From the IMG/VR virus record IMGVR_UViG_3300050132_000119, positions 1-56,544 of that record: DNA of 56,544 nt. The stretch is one strand, 5' to 3'. This stretch comes from a virus. Lineage: Duplodnaviria; Caudoviricetes. The position numbers and the translations under genes are program-made. This document shows, one piece after another, positions 37,980 through 47,024 of this stretch. How positions within the stretch are numbered: position 1 is the stretch's first letter; every line of letters begins with the position of its first letter. Under the pieces are notes generated by a model, which saw only the letters and a program-made list of their open reading frames with translations, searched no databases and was not told where the DNA came from.

Positions 37980-38900
37980 CTAGGCACCCGGCGTTCCGAA
38001 CAGGCATCGGGGGTCCGTCCAGCCTTCGATATAACGCTCGGTTGCCTTATATTTCACGCTGTCACTTTCAAAATCTCCTTCCATGGACTTGGTCAGTTTC
38101 CGGCGAACAATCAACTTAGCACCTTCTGGGGCATCAGTGGAAACCCACCATGCCGTAGCCGAGGTCAGGCGCGACAGGACAGCTGGATCAGAGTCAACCG
38201 TATTACTGGTGGACTTGATAGGGTTGATGTCGTTGTTGGCCGTACCCGCACGCAGAACCGACTTCAACAGAACCTCGCCCTGGAACACGTTGTCAGGAGA
38301 GATAACCAGCTTCTTGCCCTGGAGACGAATCTTCTTTCCGTTATTGTCCGTAGCCTTGCGAACCTGAATCAGCATCTGTTCCAGCGACGTTTGCGACAGG
38401 GCCGCAGCGGTAGAAAGGACGTTGCTGAACGTGCCGCCGATGATCGGGTGCGATGCACTCGACAAGCAGATACCATCACCACCGAGGTAGGACGAGTTGA
38501 AAGCACGGTTCAGGACATTGGCGCAGCGCAGTTCCTTGGTTTCAATCAGAGACTGAGCCAGGTGCTTGCTGAACGTGGAGCCGATGCTGATATGGTCACC
38601 GTCTTCGACCAGAATCTTGGTCAGGGCGAAGGCCAAACCGAACACCTTGTAGGTGTAGCGCTTGTTGAACAGCACACCACCTTGTTGGTAGGTGACTGGC
38701 ATACCGTCAGGCAACTCAGGAGCAGCACCGAATCCATAACCCACAGGCTCCTCAAAGTACGCACGCTCAATCGTAGCCTTGACTTCACGGAACACCTGCT
38801 TCCATTCGTCCTTACGCTGATCGTAGACGCCATCGAAGAACTGGTTCAGAATGGGTTCGACAATCGGACGGAAGTCCGTGGAGCGCATAGGCGCAGTCAT
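37980..38900 (-). CDS. Major capsid protein (core start MTAPMRS; frame open further upstream)
   Basis: 306 aa; GFGAAP...LAF.LT....EDG...L..S...TKE...ANVLN.AF...GDFE....YKA.ERY..GW.DPR. Confidence 0.85.
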   Translation of the reverse strand: MTAPMRSTDFRPIVEPILNQFFDGVYDQRKDEWKQVFREVKATIERAYFEEPVGYGFGAAPELPDGMPVTYQQGGVLFNKRYTYKVFGLAFALTKILVEDGDHISIGSTFSKHLAQSLIETKELRCANVLNRAFNSSYLGGDGICLSSASHPIIGGTFSNVLSTAAALSQTSLEQMLIQVRKATDNNGKKIRLQGKKLVISPDNVFQGEVLLKSVLRAGTANNDINPIKSTSNTVDSDPAVLSRLTSATAWWVSTDAPEGAKLIVRRKLTKSMEGDFESDSVKYKATERYIEGWTDPRCLFGTPGA

Positions 38901-39052
38901 ACCACCGAAAGCGAGCAACCCTGCGGTTTCCGAGCTTCCTGTAACATGGAACACCAGCAGCGCAAGGGCTGCGACGATGAGTGCTTGGACGGCAAGCGAC
39001 CAGTCGGTAAAACCAACCACGAATTGTTTGAAGTTTTCATGTTTGGTTCTCC

Positions 39053-39637
39053 TTAGACGGCAGTGGTGGGTGCGGAGTATTGGGTATTAGCCAAGGTCAC
39101 GCGCACAATGGGGTAGAGGTCGGTAGCAGCGTTGTCAGGAGCCAGGCCGAACCCGATGATGCGGAACTGCTTCTGGGAACCAGCGCCAGCCAGAGTCGTA
39201 TTCAGCGAACAAGCAGACAGACCCGTGGAGGTGGAACCAGCGGTGTAGATAATGTCAGCTTCGTCACCGATTGCTGTCATGGCGGTTGCCAGAGTCGCAC
39301 TCAGTTGACCAGACATCTGAATCTCGTAAACGATTTCCTTGTCCGTGTACACCCAGGCCGTGATGACCGAACCGGACATGACAGACTGAGACGCCGGGTA
39401 AAAGTTGGAATAGGTGGGCTTGCCGGTGGCATCCACATACTCACAACCTGCGAACGACCCCAGTAACGTGGCAGCAGCGGTACCCACAGTGACGGTACCG
39501 TTGGTGTTCAGAATCACCGGATCACCTTTGAAGATGGCGGTGTTGTAGGTGGGATTGATGGTGTACGCCTGGGCACGATCCGTACCAGACGGGTGGTATA
39601 CGGGGATAAGACCGTAGGGAGAAGCTGTTGCGCTCAT
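39053..39637 (-). CDS. Capsid decoration/cement-like protein
   Basis: PYGL.P...IFKGDPV...G.F.GCEY.D; AAGGAGG RBS; directly upstream of MCP. Confidence 0.7.
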   Translation of the reverse strand: MSATASPYGLIPVYHPSGTDRAQAYTINPTYNTAIFKGDPVILNTNGTVTVGTAAATLLGSFAGCEYVDATGKPTYSNFYPASQSVMSGSVITAWVYTDKEIVYEIQMSGQLSATLATAMTAIGDEADIIYTAGSTSTGLSACSLNTTLAGAGSQKQFRIIGFGLAPDNAATDLYPIVRVTLANTQYSAPTTAV

Positions 39638-39809
39638 GTAGAGCCTCCTTATGTAAATGATGAAGAATCACATTGACCTTTCGGTCCTTGCGGGTCAACA
39701 AATCAACACTGGGAGGCGCGAAGCTCTCAACCTTGCAATTTTCAGACTCGGGAGGGAATACCTAAATAATACTTGACAGCAATGATTCAAGTATTCCCTG
39801 CCTAACACA

Positions 39810-39837
39810 ATTATAGGGTATTTCCGCACCCTGTCAA
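39810..39837 (-). promoter_or_regulatory. Consensus sigma70 promoter for capsid genes
   Basis: TTGACA-16 bp-TATAAT; AGGGT/ACCCT inverted repeat in the spacer. Confidence 0.8.
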
Positions 39838-39841
39838 ACAA

Positions 39842-40393
39842 TCAAGAAAAACTAGGCATCTTTCGGCGTTGGATTGCTGCTTCTCGCTCCATTGCATCCA
39901 CACCATCGTCACGATCATTGAGTCGCTGACCCTGGTCATTGAATTTACCCACAACGCCCTCTTCCTCTTCCAAGGGTTTCCTGTGATGATAGAAACCCAT
40001 AATCTTTTGGTAGCGTTCCTCAGCAATCTTGAACAATACCATTTCATTGCAGGTGACATGACCATCGTATCCCGCAAGGGATTGACCATTGGATGCATCG
40101 AACCCCGGCATCTCGGATTGTCGAACCGGGGTGTAACCCAGGCGCTGACGTTTCTGGATGCTGTCATACTGACTCGTTGTAGTCAGCCAAACGAGGTGAT
40201 AGCCTCGCAGCGCCGGGGGGTTTGGGAGTGCGGTTTGCGTGAACTCGGCCTCCATGAACTTTTCAAAGTCGTCATCCGAGGTGAGGCCAGAGGTTTCACG
40301 CTCAGTATCCTCTGCACCTCGGTCACCGCGAATATCCAGAGCCCCGCCGATTTTGGTGCGCTCATCCTCATTACTTGCTTGTCGTGTTGCCAT
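39842..40393 (-). CDS. Conserved head-region protein
   Basis: LP.PP...GYH..WL.T...R.RLGY.PV...NEM.LFK. Confidence 0.75.
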   Translation of the reverse strand: MATRQASNEDERTKIGGALDIRGDRGAEDTERETSGLTSDDDFEKFMEAEFTQTALPNPPALRGYHLVWLTTTSQYDSIQKRQRLGYTPVRQSEMPGFDASNGQSLAGYDGHVTCNEMVLFKIAEERYQKIMGFYHHRKPLEEEEGVVGKFNDQGQRLNDRDDGVDAMEREAAIQRRKMPSFS

Positions 40394-40794
40394 TATTTCT
40401 CTCCGTAGGTGTTGGTTGCATGAATATTGCTGCGGAGTTCATACCCCATCAGCGGCCAAATCTTCTGCACAGCGTTAGCACGAGCGATCTTGCGACCGAT
40501 CTCGGCATCGAAGTTCTCTGGACTGGCGCAGGCTGACTCACCCGTGACAGTGAATCCGTTGCGCAAGACCAGGACGCAGAACGTAAGCAGTCCAAAGGAC
40601 TCATGCACCGGAGCAAACCCAGCGTCAGGAGTTCCGCGTACGCCACGGACTCCATCTTCGGCTGTGAAGTATTGTTCGATAGCAATGTTCCCCTCGATGT
40701 CTCCCGGCATGATTCGCGGAGCGGTCAAGCCTTTGGCCTTGATCTCGGACTCAATTGCCGAATCGTCACTCCGTGGTGAAGAAATATTATTCAT
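40393..40794 (-). CDS. Gp49/gp66-family (Acb4-like) protein
   Basis: LTAPRI...LTFCVLVLRNGFTVTGESACASPENFDAEIGRKIA...IWPLMGYEL. Confidence 0.85.
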   Translation of the reverse strand: MNNISSPRSDDSAIESEIKAKGLTAPRIMPGDIEGNIAIEQYFTAEDGVRGVRGTPDAGFAPVHESFGLLTFCVLVLRNGFTVTGESACASPENFDAEIGRKIARANAVQKIWPLMGYELRSNIHATNTYGEK

Positions 40795-41720
40795 TATTTC
40801 ACTCCATTCTGTTTGTCGTAATCCCGATAACTCTTGATCATCTTCTGCCGTGCAGCAGCGTCATCCCACATCCCCGCAGACTTGATGACTGCGACACGCT
40901 CGGGGGACAGCTTGAAAACCGAACCCCCACCCGCCTGGGACTGCTGTGAACCACCCGGAACCGGGTTTCCCGGACGCTTGGGTGCGGGGGCAGCACCCTG
41001 AATCCGATGAGGCAGATACTTCTGAGCCCGTTTTTCAAGCTCCTGCCAGTACCCGTCAGTCGTGGCATCCCAGCCTTCTGCGGTCAAGGAGTTGTCCAGA
41101 GCCGTGAGCACCTTAGAGTCGGGATCTGCACTCGTAGGGCCACCGTACCAGGTGTTCTTACCCAGGAACTGCTGACTCTTGGTGACGAGTCGGGTATCCA
41201 GGGGCTTGGGGGCATTCATGGCCCGTGCAGCGTTATCCTTGAACGTCTTGAGTTCCTGAGCCCGAGTTCTGGCGGCAATCATGTACTCAGTGGCTTCCGC
41301 CAGAGTCTTGCCGTCATTGGCCGTAGCAGCAGTGGCGATGACACCCTTGAAGTGTTCAGCGGCCTGGTTCGCCTGATTTATGGCGGCATCGACCTGGGCG
41401 AGTTGGGAACCGGCGTTGACATCATTGATTGAACTGACCTGCTGTTGCAGAGTCCGGTTCTGGTCAGTGAGGGCTTGCAGGTTACGTTCCAGAGCTTCCA
41501 CTCGTTCGCGGTTACGCTGACCACGCGACTTGCGTTCGTTGCGACGGCGCGCCCGGATTTCTTCTTTGGCTTCATCGGTTTCCGCATCTTCAAGCTCCGA
41601 GTCAACCTTGGCAGTCTTCTCGTCTTCCTCACTTTCAAGGTTTTCTACAGGATCATCATCTTCGCCCCCATGGGCTAGTTTCAGTTCCTCGTCCTCAATA
41701 ATCTCGTTTTCAGTGCTCAT
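40794..41720 (-). CDS. Putative scaffolding protein
   Basis: Acidic N-terminus, coiled coil, N.WY, C-terminal helix. Confidence 0.65.
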   Translation of the reverse strand: MSTENEIIEDEELKLAHGGEDDDPVENLESEEDEKTAKVDSELEDAETDEAKEEIRARRRNERKSRGQRNRERVEALERNLQALTDQNRTLQQQVSSINDVNAGSQLAQVDAAINQANQAAEHFKGVIATAATANDGKTLAEATEYMIAARTRAQELKTFKDNAARAMNAPKPLDTRLVTKSQQFLGKNTWYGGPTSADPDSKVLTALDNSLTAEGWDATTDGYWQELEKRAQKYLPHRIQGAAPAPKRPGNPVPGGSQQSQAGGGSVFKLSPERVAVIKSAGMWDDAAARQKMIKSYRDYDKQNGVK

Positions 41721-42027
41721 ATTTTCCTCCGAACATCAGTTTCTCGGCCTGACCATAGGCCAGGTATCCCGCAATCTTGTTTTCAGCATCCTCTTGGGCA
41801 TACTTCTGTCCAAGGTTCAGATCGAACTTGGTGGGATCAGCACAGGAGGATTCACCAATCACAGTGAATCCATTGGTCAGGGTGACACAGCAGACCATGT
41901 GACTGGTGCCCCGGAATAGGTGAAACTCGAATCCCTTGATGGAATTCTGGATCTGTTTTTCCGTGATTGACAGACAGATAGGTTCCGGGGTTTCGGTGAA
42001 TTCATCGGTGACGAGTTTGATGCTCAT
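41710..42027 (-). CDS. Second Gp49/gp66-family (Acb4-like) protein
   Basis: VCCVTLTNGFTVIGESSCADPTKFDLNLGQKYA...I..YLAY. Confidence 0.8.
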   Translation of the reverse strand: MSIKLVTDEFTETPEPICLSITEKQIQNSIKGFEFHLFRGTSHMVCCVTLTNGFTVIGESSCADPTKFDLNLGQKYAQEDAENKIAGYLAYGQAEKLMFGGKYEH

Positions 42028-42470
42028 GTCAGATGACTCCGCACTTGAGTCACATCACCCGTGTAAGCGCCAATCAGATCAGCGTCACTCAGGATTGCCA
42101 GCATCACGGGTTCCAGACCATCTTTCAGGTCCACGGTCCAGCGGTCGCCACCCCATCGAGGGACTTTCACGTAGTCCCCGACTTTGGCCCAAACCCCCTC
42201 GGGCCACTCTTCACCCGTTGTACGCTTCTTGAAGGAAAGCGGACCCACTGAGATCAGTTTGGCGACTTGACCGTTGTAGGATTCCTCATCTTTCGTACCC
42301 GTGGACAAAATGATTCCGCTGGACGTTTTCGCCACGACCCTGCGGATCTGGACCACGACCCTATGCCCGAAGGGGGTGAATTCGGGGTCGATGTAAGGGA
42401 ACATCTCGTCGATGCTCTTGTCCGAAACATCGAGTCCGCGCCCGTGTGGGTTGATGACTTCGCCTGCCAT
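42024..42470 (-). CDS. GroES-like co-chaperonin
   Basis: PFGHRVVV...KTSSGIIL...VGP...KVGDYV...D.DLIG. Confidence 0.85.
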   Translation of the reverse strand: MAGEVINPHGRGLDVSDKSIDEMFPYIDPEFTPFGHRVVVQIRRVVAKTSSGIILSTGTKDEESYNGQVAKLISVGPLSFKKRTTGEEWPEGVWAKVGDYVKVPRWGGDRWTVDLKDGLEPVMLAILSDADLIGAYTGDVTQVRSHLT

Positions 42471-42646
42471 TAGATTGCTCCTTCCGTTGATGTTGAGATG
42501 CCTTGCTGAGCGTAAGCCCGCAAAGCGCGATTCAGTTTCTTGTATTGCCGAATACCCATGTACGCCACTTCCTTGCGGCGCTGTTGGCGTTCAGGGGTTG
42601 CAGTGTGTTGGTTGTGCCAAGCCGCAGATTTGGGTTTCTTGCTCAT
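42470..42646 (-). CDS. 58-aa basic protein
   Basis: MSKKPKS...RQQRRK; ATGA-coupled to the Tad2-like gene. Confidence 0.55.
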   Translation of the reverse strand: MSKKPKSAAWHNQHTATPERQQRRKEVAYMGIRQYKKLNRALRAYAQQGISTSTEGAI

Positions 42647-43119
42647 ACCAGTACCCAGTCTTCGGAGAGTACATCCGTCTGAGACGCAAGCCATGGGACA
42701 AACTTGCAGTCAGCGGTACGCATTCCGATCCACGGCAGAGTCAGCAATGAGTCATCATCCATTCCGGGTACATCTTCCGAAACTTGCCACTGCGCAGCCT
42801 GAATCAGGGACAACCACATCCCTTTACCGTTCCAACCAGCACGAGCAACCTTGTTACCCATCTTCAGGGATTCAATCGCAAGACCAAATGACATACCAGT
42901 CGTGGACCTGTACGCAGCATCAAACTGTTCCTTCGGACTCCAGCTAATATAACCGCTGTGGCGCGAGTCATTACCCTTACCGCCATCAGTATATTCAACC
43001 AGATAACCATCGTCCGAACCATCCTCATCGAGAGGCAGGGTCCAGTTTCGATAGTTGTTGTAGTCCAATCGGGTCATGGGCGTAGCCTCAACGACCTTTG
43101 TACCAATGTACCGTTTCAT
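42643..43119 (-). CDS. DUF2829/Tad2-like protein with extra N-terminal domain
   Basis: MSFGLAIESLK.G.KVAR.GWNGKGM...PWLASQTDVLSEDW; N-domain YIGTK...GYLVEY...SWSPKEQF. Confidence 0.85.
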   Translation of the reverse strand: MKRYIGTKVVEATPMTRLDYNNYRNWTLPLDEDGSDDGYLVEYTDGGKGNDSRHSGYISWSPKEQFDAAYRSTTGMSFGLAIESLKMGNKVARAGWNGKGMWLSLIQAAQWQVSEDVPGMDDDSLLTLPWIGMRTADCKFVPWLASQTDVLSEDWVLV

Positions 43120-43178
43120 CAAAAGTTCTCCTACAGAACCACCCCAATATGACCGTGGGGCACTCGGCATTGAACGAA

Positions 43179-43358
43179 CTACTCGTCCTTTTCCTGTCCA
43201 GACATTGCATTTTTCACAATATCGATTAAATACGCTAACTCCACATAACCGCCCAGGCGTTTCTGAAACGCAGCATAGTCTTGCGGAGGACTATCGAAAA
43301 CCTCAAGCGCCATTTGTGCACGGCGCTCAATAAGTTCCCGATATAACTTTTCTAGCAC
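43179..43358 (-). CDS. 59-aa helical protein
   Basis: GTG start, VLEKLYREL...PQDYAAFQKRLGGY; translated by hand. Confidence 0.6.
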   Translation of the reverse strand: MLEKLYRELIERRAQMALEVFDSPPQDYAAFQKRLGGYVELAYLIDIVKNAMSGQEKDE

Positions 43359-43552
43359 TTCCCACCCTTCTTGAACCCCGGAACCCCATTAGCCATTTTC
43401 GCCTTGGTCAGGGGATTCATGGGAACCGCGACTCGGGGGCGCATGGGTAGAGAGGGCATTGCAGCGGGGACCGCGCCACCATTGGCGAATCCAACCTTCT
43501 TACCCATGGCCATTTGCTTGTGTTGTCCGATTGCAGAATTCGAGAGAGCCAT
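43352..43552 (-). CDS. Small basic protein with two F.xGG motifs
   Basis: FANGGAV, FKKGGKC. Confidence 0.65.
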   Translation of the reverse strand: MALSNSAIGQHKQMAMGKKVGFANGGAVPAAMPSLPMRPRVAVPMNPLTKAKMANGVPGFKKGGKC

Positions 43553-43563
43553 TCAGATACTCC

Positions 43564-44544
43564 TTACAAAACCATTGCGAAAAGCAGCAATTCATCATTT
43601 TCCTGACGAATGCGGTTTTGGTACTGTTCCGCTACAGCGATGAAATCAACCTCTGCGGCAATGTGTTTCTTTGCCTGCGAAATCAAATTATAGGTGAATT
43701 CTCGTGCCGCGTCAGAATCTTTGATTCCCTGAGTCAGAATCTGTAAATCATTTTCTGCCTTAGCGACCAGATTCTCGATTGCCTCTTCTTGAGCAATCTC
43801 AGCAGCCTGGATTGCTTTCTTCCGGGCGGCAGCGGTCTTGAGTTTGATGATTCCCTGAGAATCGGGTAATTTGTCCTTTTTGGCAAAGGCTTCAGTGTAG
43901 TAATCAATCAACCATTGGCGAGAAGCACCCGATTTGCTGGCGCTGAGTGCTGCGGCAACAGTCATCAAACCCTGCTGGACTTCGATAGACTGACCCGTGA
44001 GCGCCACGGTTACATCTGCACCAGATACAGTCATCGAACCCTGACCCACGGGCACACTTTGTCCGGCCAGTCCGACTGTTATGGCGGGATTAACGGAACC
44101 TTGAGCCAATGCAATGGACTGACCCGTGAGGAATGCAGACAGGCTCGGGGTTACGACACCTTGGGCTGCGGTAGAAGATTGCCCGGTGACGGGTATCGAG
44201 ATGGCTGGGGATATGGTACCTTGTGCCAGTGCGACAGGTTGACCAGTGAGAGATACTGATACCGCTGGGACTACAGTACCTTGGGCGGCAGTAACCGATT
44301 GCCCGGTGACAGATACCGATGTGGATGGGCTCAGTGTACCCTGAGCCGTGATAACCGACTGACCGATGAGTGCAACGGTGACGTTCTGACTACCTACCGA
44401 CAGTGTACCTTGCGCAGCAGTAACACTCTGACCCGTCAGTGCGATGGTGATACTGGGGCTGACTGAGCCCTGTGCGGCAGTGGTACTCTGTCCCGTAAGA
44501 GTTATCCCACCACCACTCGCCCCCGCCAATAGACGCGAGATCAT
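43564..44544 (-). CDS. Repeat-containing fibre-like protein
   Basis: About 9 copies of ~19-aa LTGQS.TAAQG.V.P; helical C-terminus ending DELLLF. Confidence 0.75.
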   Translation of the reverse strand: MISRLLAGASGGGITLTGQSTTAAQGSVSPSITIALTGQSVTAAQGTLSVGSQNVTVALIGQSVITAQGTLSPSTSVSVTGQSVTAAQGTVVPAVSVSLTGQPVALAQGTISPAISIPVTGQSSTAAQGVVTPSLSAFLTGQSIALAQGSVNPAITVGLAGQSVPVGQGSMTVSGADVTVALTGQSIEVQQGLMTVAAALSASKSGASRQWLIDYYTEAFAKKDKLPDSQGIIKLKTAAARKKAIQAAEIAQEEAIENLVAKAENDLQILTQGIKDSDAAREFTYNLISQAKKHIAAEVDFIAVAEQYQNRIRQENDELLLFAMVL

Positions 44545-45257
44545 ACAAGCCTAGGGGCAAAGATTTGCCAGGGGTTGGCGTTGAACGCAGCGTGTTCTGC
44601 TGCTGTCAATACCCGATCCCAGATCACAGCCAGAGACTGTGATCCAGGGAAGTTGTGCGATGCCGTGTTCGGATCGCCATTCAGAGTTACGTCCGGTGAT
44701 GGGGTTGCGTCAAAAGACCCATTTCCCGCTCCCTGAATCCCAAGAGCTTTTCCGTTCATCCACGCAACACAAGATGATCCGAGGGTCCCTCCCGATGGTG
44801 GAGTTGATATCGAGGCTATATTCCATTCCCCATTCACCGCCCCGGTTGAGAACGTGGCAAACCCGGTTGCGCTATACCAGATAGTTGGGTAGTTAGTCCC
44901 GTTCGTAAAGCTGAAAATATGGTCAGTTGTGGTCCCACGCTCGATCAAAAAATACGGGGTGGACGAACCGATTGTTTGAAATACCGACCCATAAGTGGCT
45001 TCGGTAAATACGGCTGGAGCACCATTAGCAAACGTCAGTGCATTTACCGATCCACCAGCGGCGGTAGTAAAGGACGTTCCTTGTTTTCCTACCGTGGTGG
45101 ACACCGCCCCCGTGGGTGCTCCCCGCGCCTGGTTCACCAGATTGAACGGGTTACCCCCGATAGCGGCGAAGCTGAGCTTTCTAGTTAGAGGATTCGCCCA
45201 ATCAATCCCGGTAGCGAACTGCGGCTGGGAGGTCCATTTCTGTTTACCGAACAGCAT
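44541..45257 (-). CDS. LamG/concanavalin-like protein
   Basis: W......MNG...IWDRVLTAAE...NPWQIF. Confidence 0.65.
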   Translation of the reverse strand: MLFGKQKWTSQPQFATGIDWANPLTRKLSFAAIGGNPFNLVNQARGAPTGAVSTTVGKQGTSFTTAAGGSVNALTFANGAPAVFTEATYGSVFQTIGSSTPYFLIERGTTTDHIFSFTNGTNYPTIWYSATGFATFSTGAVNGEWNIASISTPPSGGTLGSSCVAWMNGKALGIQGAGNGSFDATPSPDVTLNGDPNTASHNFPGSQSLAVIWDRVLTAAEHAAFNANPWQIFAPRLV

Positions 45258-45706
45258 TATGCACTCGTAGCTAAGATTTCAGACGTATAGACCGCTCCGC
45301 TAGTCAGGGCTACGCCAAGGTCATTCTTCAGGATGACCTTGAAGGCGTAGGGACAGTAGCCTAGAGCCTGGGCGACCGAGAATGTACCGATTTCAGTCGT
45401 GCTGGCGCTGTTCATTGGGACCGTGCCAAGGAATCGCAGGTTCGGCTCATCGGTCGTTGTCGTGCCGGATGTGGGGCCGCTGCGGAAGCTCGTGCCGTCA
45501 AGTGACTCTTGAACGAAGACCACAACCTGTTTATTACCAGACGCGGTGTTTGTCGTAGCAGCATCCACCTCGACGATCACATCAAGTGGTTGATTCGTAT
45601 TGGCGGTGTACGCTGCCGATGCCACATAGGTGGCAGATGCAAGTGTTCCGAATCCGGTAACGGTCAAGGCATTGCGGGCACCGACGACTTGTTTTAAAAC
45701 CGTCAT
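45257..45706 (-). CDS. Beta-sandwich virion protein
   Basis: V.VQESLDG..F...LGTV...FKV...N. Confidence 0.65.
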   Translation of the reverse strand: MTVLKQVVGARNALTVTGFGTLASATYVASAAYTANTNQPLDVIVEVDAATTNTASGNKQVVVFVQESLDGTSFRSGPTSGTTTTDEPNLRFLGTVPMNSASTTEIGTFSVAQALGYCPYAFKVILKNDLGVALTSGAVYTSEILATSA

Positions 45707-46107
45707 GGTGCCCACCCTTCAAGTGCCTTTGACACACCCTGTGGCGAGACGGTATCAGGCACGACGCCCAGCGCCAGCAAAGCCCGCACAGCAGGCGCAA
45801 TCGTAGGGTTGGCCTCAGCAATAGCCGTAGCCTTGTCCCGAGTGGCTTGCATCCCAACGTCAAGCGTCCCCGCCTTGATAAGCTCCATCGTCCAATAGAC
45901 GCTACGATCGGCAGCACCCATGGCGACAAGGCCGTCAAGGAACGCTCCACCGGCATCACCGAGCGTAGCCAGGATGGTCCCGATTCCGATCATACGGGAT
46001 TGAATCTTCGTGCGCCCAACACTGAGCGCGGCAGCAATCGCACCGTCGTCCCGAGTCTCAGGCGTGAGGCCAGGGAAAGCGGCTCGGATTTCTTCGAGTA
46101 GCGTCAT
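45703..46107 (-). CDS. Hypothetical protein
   Basis: RDDGAIAAALSVGRT motif. Confidence 0.7.
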   Translation of the reverse strand: MTLLEEIRAAFPGLTPETRDDGAIAAALSVGRTKIQSRMIGIGTILATLGDAGGAFLDGLVAMGAADRSVYWTMELIKAGTLDVGMQATRDKATAIAEANPTIAPAVRALLALGVVPDTVSPQGVSKALEGWAP

Positions 46108-46110
46108 AGT

Positions 46111-46572
46111 TTACACCAACTGAATCAGAGCATTGCCCGTAGTATTAGCAGGCATCGTCAGCGTGAAAGTCCCGGCCACAATGGTCTGAGATCCAAACGT
46201 GGACACAGACACCGCATTCTTACCAGCAGCGGTCGCGTTGTACATCAAAATCGTGTCAAACGCAGTACCTGAGAATCCCGCACCCGTGGTCCAGGAGGCA
46301 CTCGGGGTAAAGATTGCCCCGGTACCACTGGCAGCAGGTGCCGTAGCCGTGGTAAACGCGATACCGCCTGCCGTATAACTGCCGCTGTTCGGCACCTCAC
46401 CCGTAGCCGAGTATGCCGTGGTAGCGGCATTCAGTGTGGCTGTTGCCAGATACAGGGCACCGTTAAAGGTATCCTTGGTAGTGGCAGCACGTACGACACT
46501 GGCACCGAAGGCGTGGATGCCATTCAGCAGGTCAGTTTTGAAACTGGTTGCAATACTTTGAGTGTTACTCAT
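46111..46572 (-). CDS. Structural protein
   Basis: SFK.DLL.G.H.F...ALY...TTAYS..GEV..YTAGG. Confidence 0.75.
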   Translation of the reverse strand: MSNTQSIATSFKTDLLNGIHAFGASVVRAATTKDTFNGALYLATATLNAATTAYSATGEVPNSGSYTAGGIAFTTATAPAASGTGAIFTPSASWTTGAGFSGTAFDTILMYNATAAGKNAVSVSTFGSQTIVAGTFTLTMPANTTGNALIQLV

Positions 46573-46581
46573 GACAATCTC

Positions 46582-46785
46582 CTAATTAAACGAACCCATC
46601 GTCTGCTCAAGGCTGAGACCTTGCTTCAGATGCACATGAGCCGAGCGGTGCACCAGTTCACCATTGAATCGATACTCGGTGGCTTCCGTGTACTCAACCT
46701 CGTTATCGGTAACCTGGACCTGTTTTTCTAGCAAAGAATCATCCATGGCACCGAGAACCCCATTGATGAGAACATCGATCAGCAT
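46582..46785 (-). CDS. Hypothetical protein
   Basis: EY..NGELVHRSAHV.LK. Confidence 0.7.
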   Translation of the reverse strand: MLIDVLINGVLGAMDDSLLEKQVQVTDNEVEYTEATEYRFNGELVHRSAHVHLKQGLSLEQTMGSFN

Positions 46786-46793
46786 GACAGTTC

Positions 46794-47024
46794 CTAGGCG
46801 TTGAACAATGCCCGAGCGTGTGCAATAATTGTCGCAAATTCAGCTTGCACACCGTCGTCTAACTTGGCTGCTTCAGCCTCAACCTCCTGCCACAATGACA
46901 GATGAGGCTGCACTGCAGCCAGGGCACTGGCACTCGCAGCAGCTTTTGCCACAACAGCGTCTAGTGCAGCCTGAGCATCGATTACTGCCTGAGCGTCTGC
47001 AGCGGATTGTTCGGTAAGTGTCAT
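46794..47024 (-). CDS. Small helical protein
   Basis: AGGAG RBS, coupled to the portal. Confidence 0.6.
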   Translation of the reverse strand: MTLTEQSAADAQAVIDAQAALDAVVAKAAASASALAAVQPHLSLWQEVEAEAAKLDDGVQAEFATIIAHARALFNA

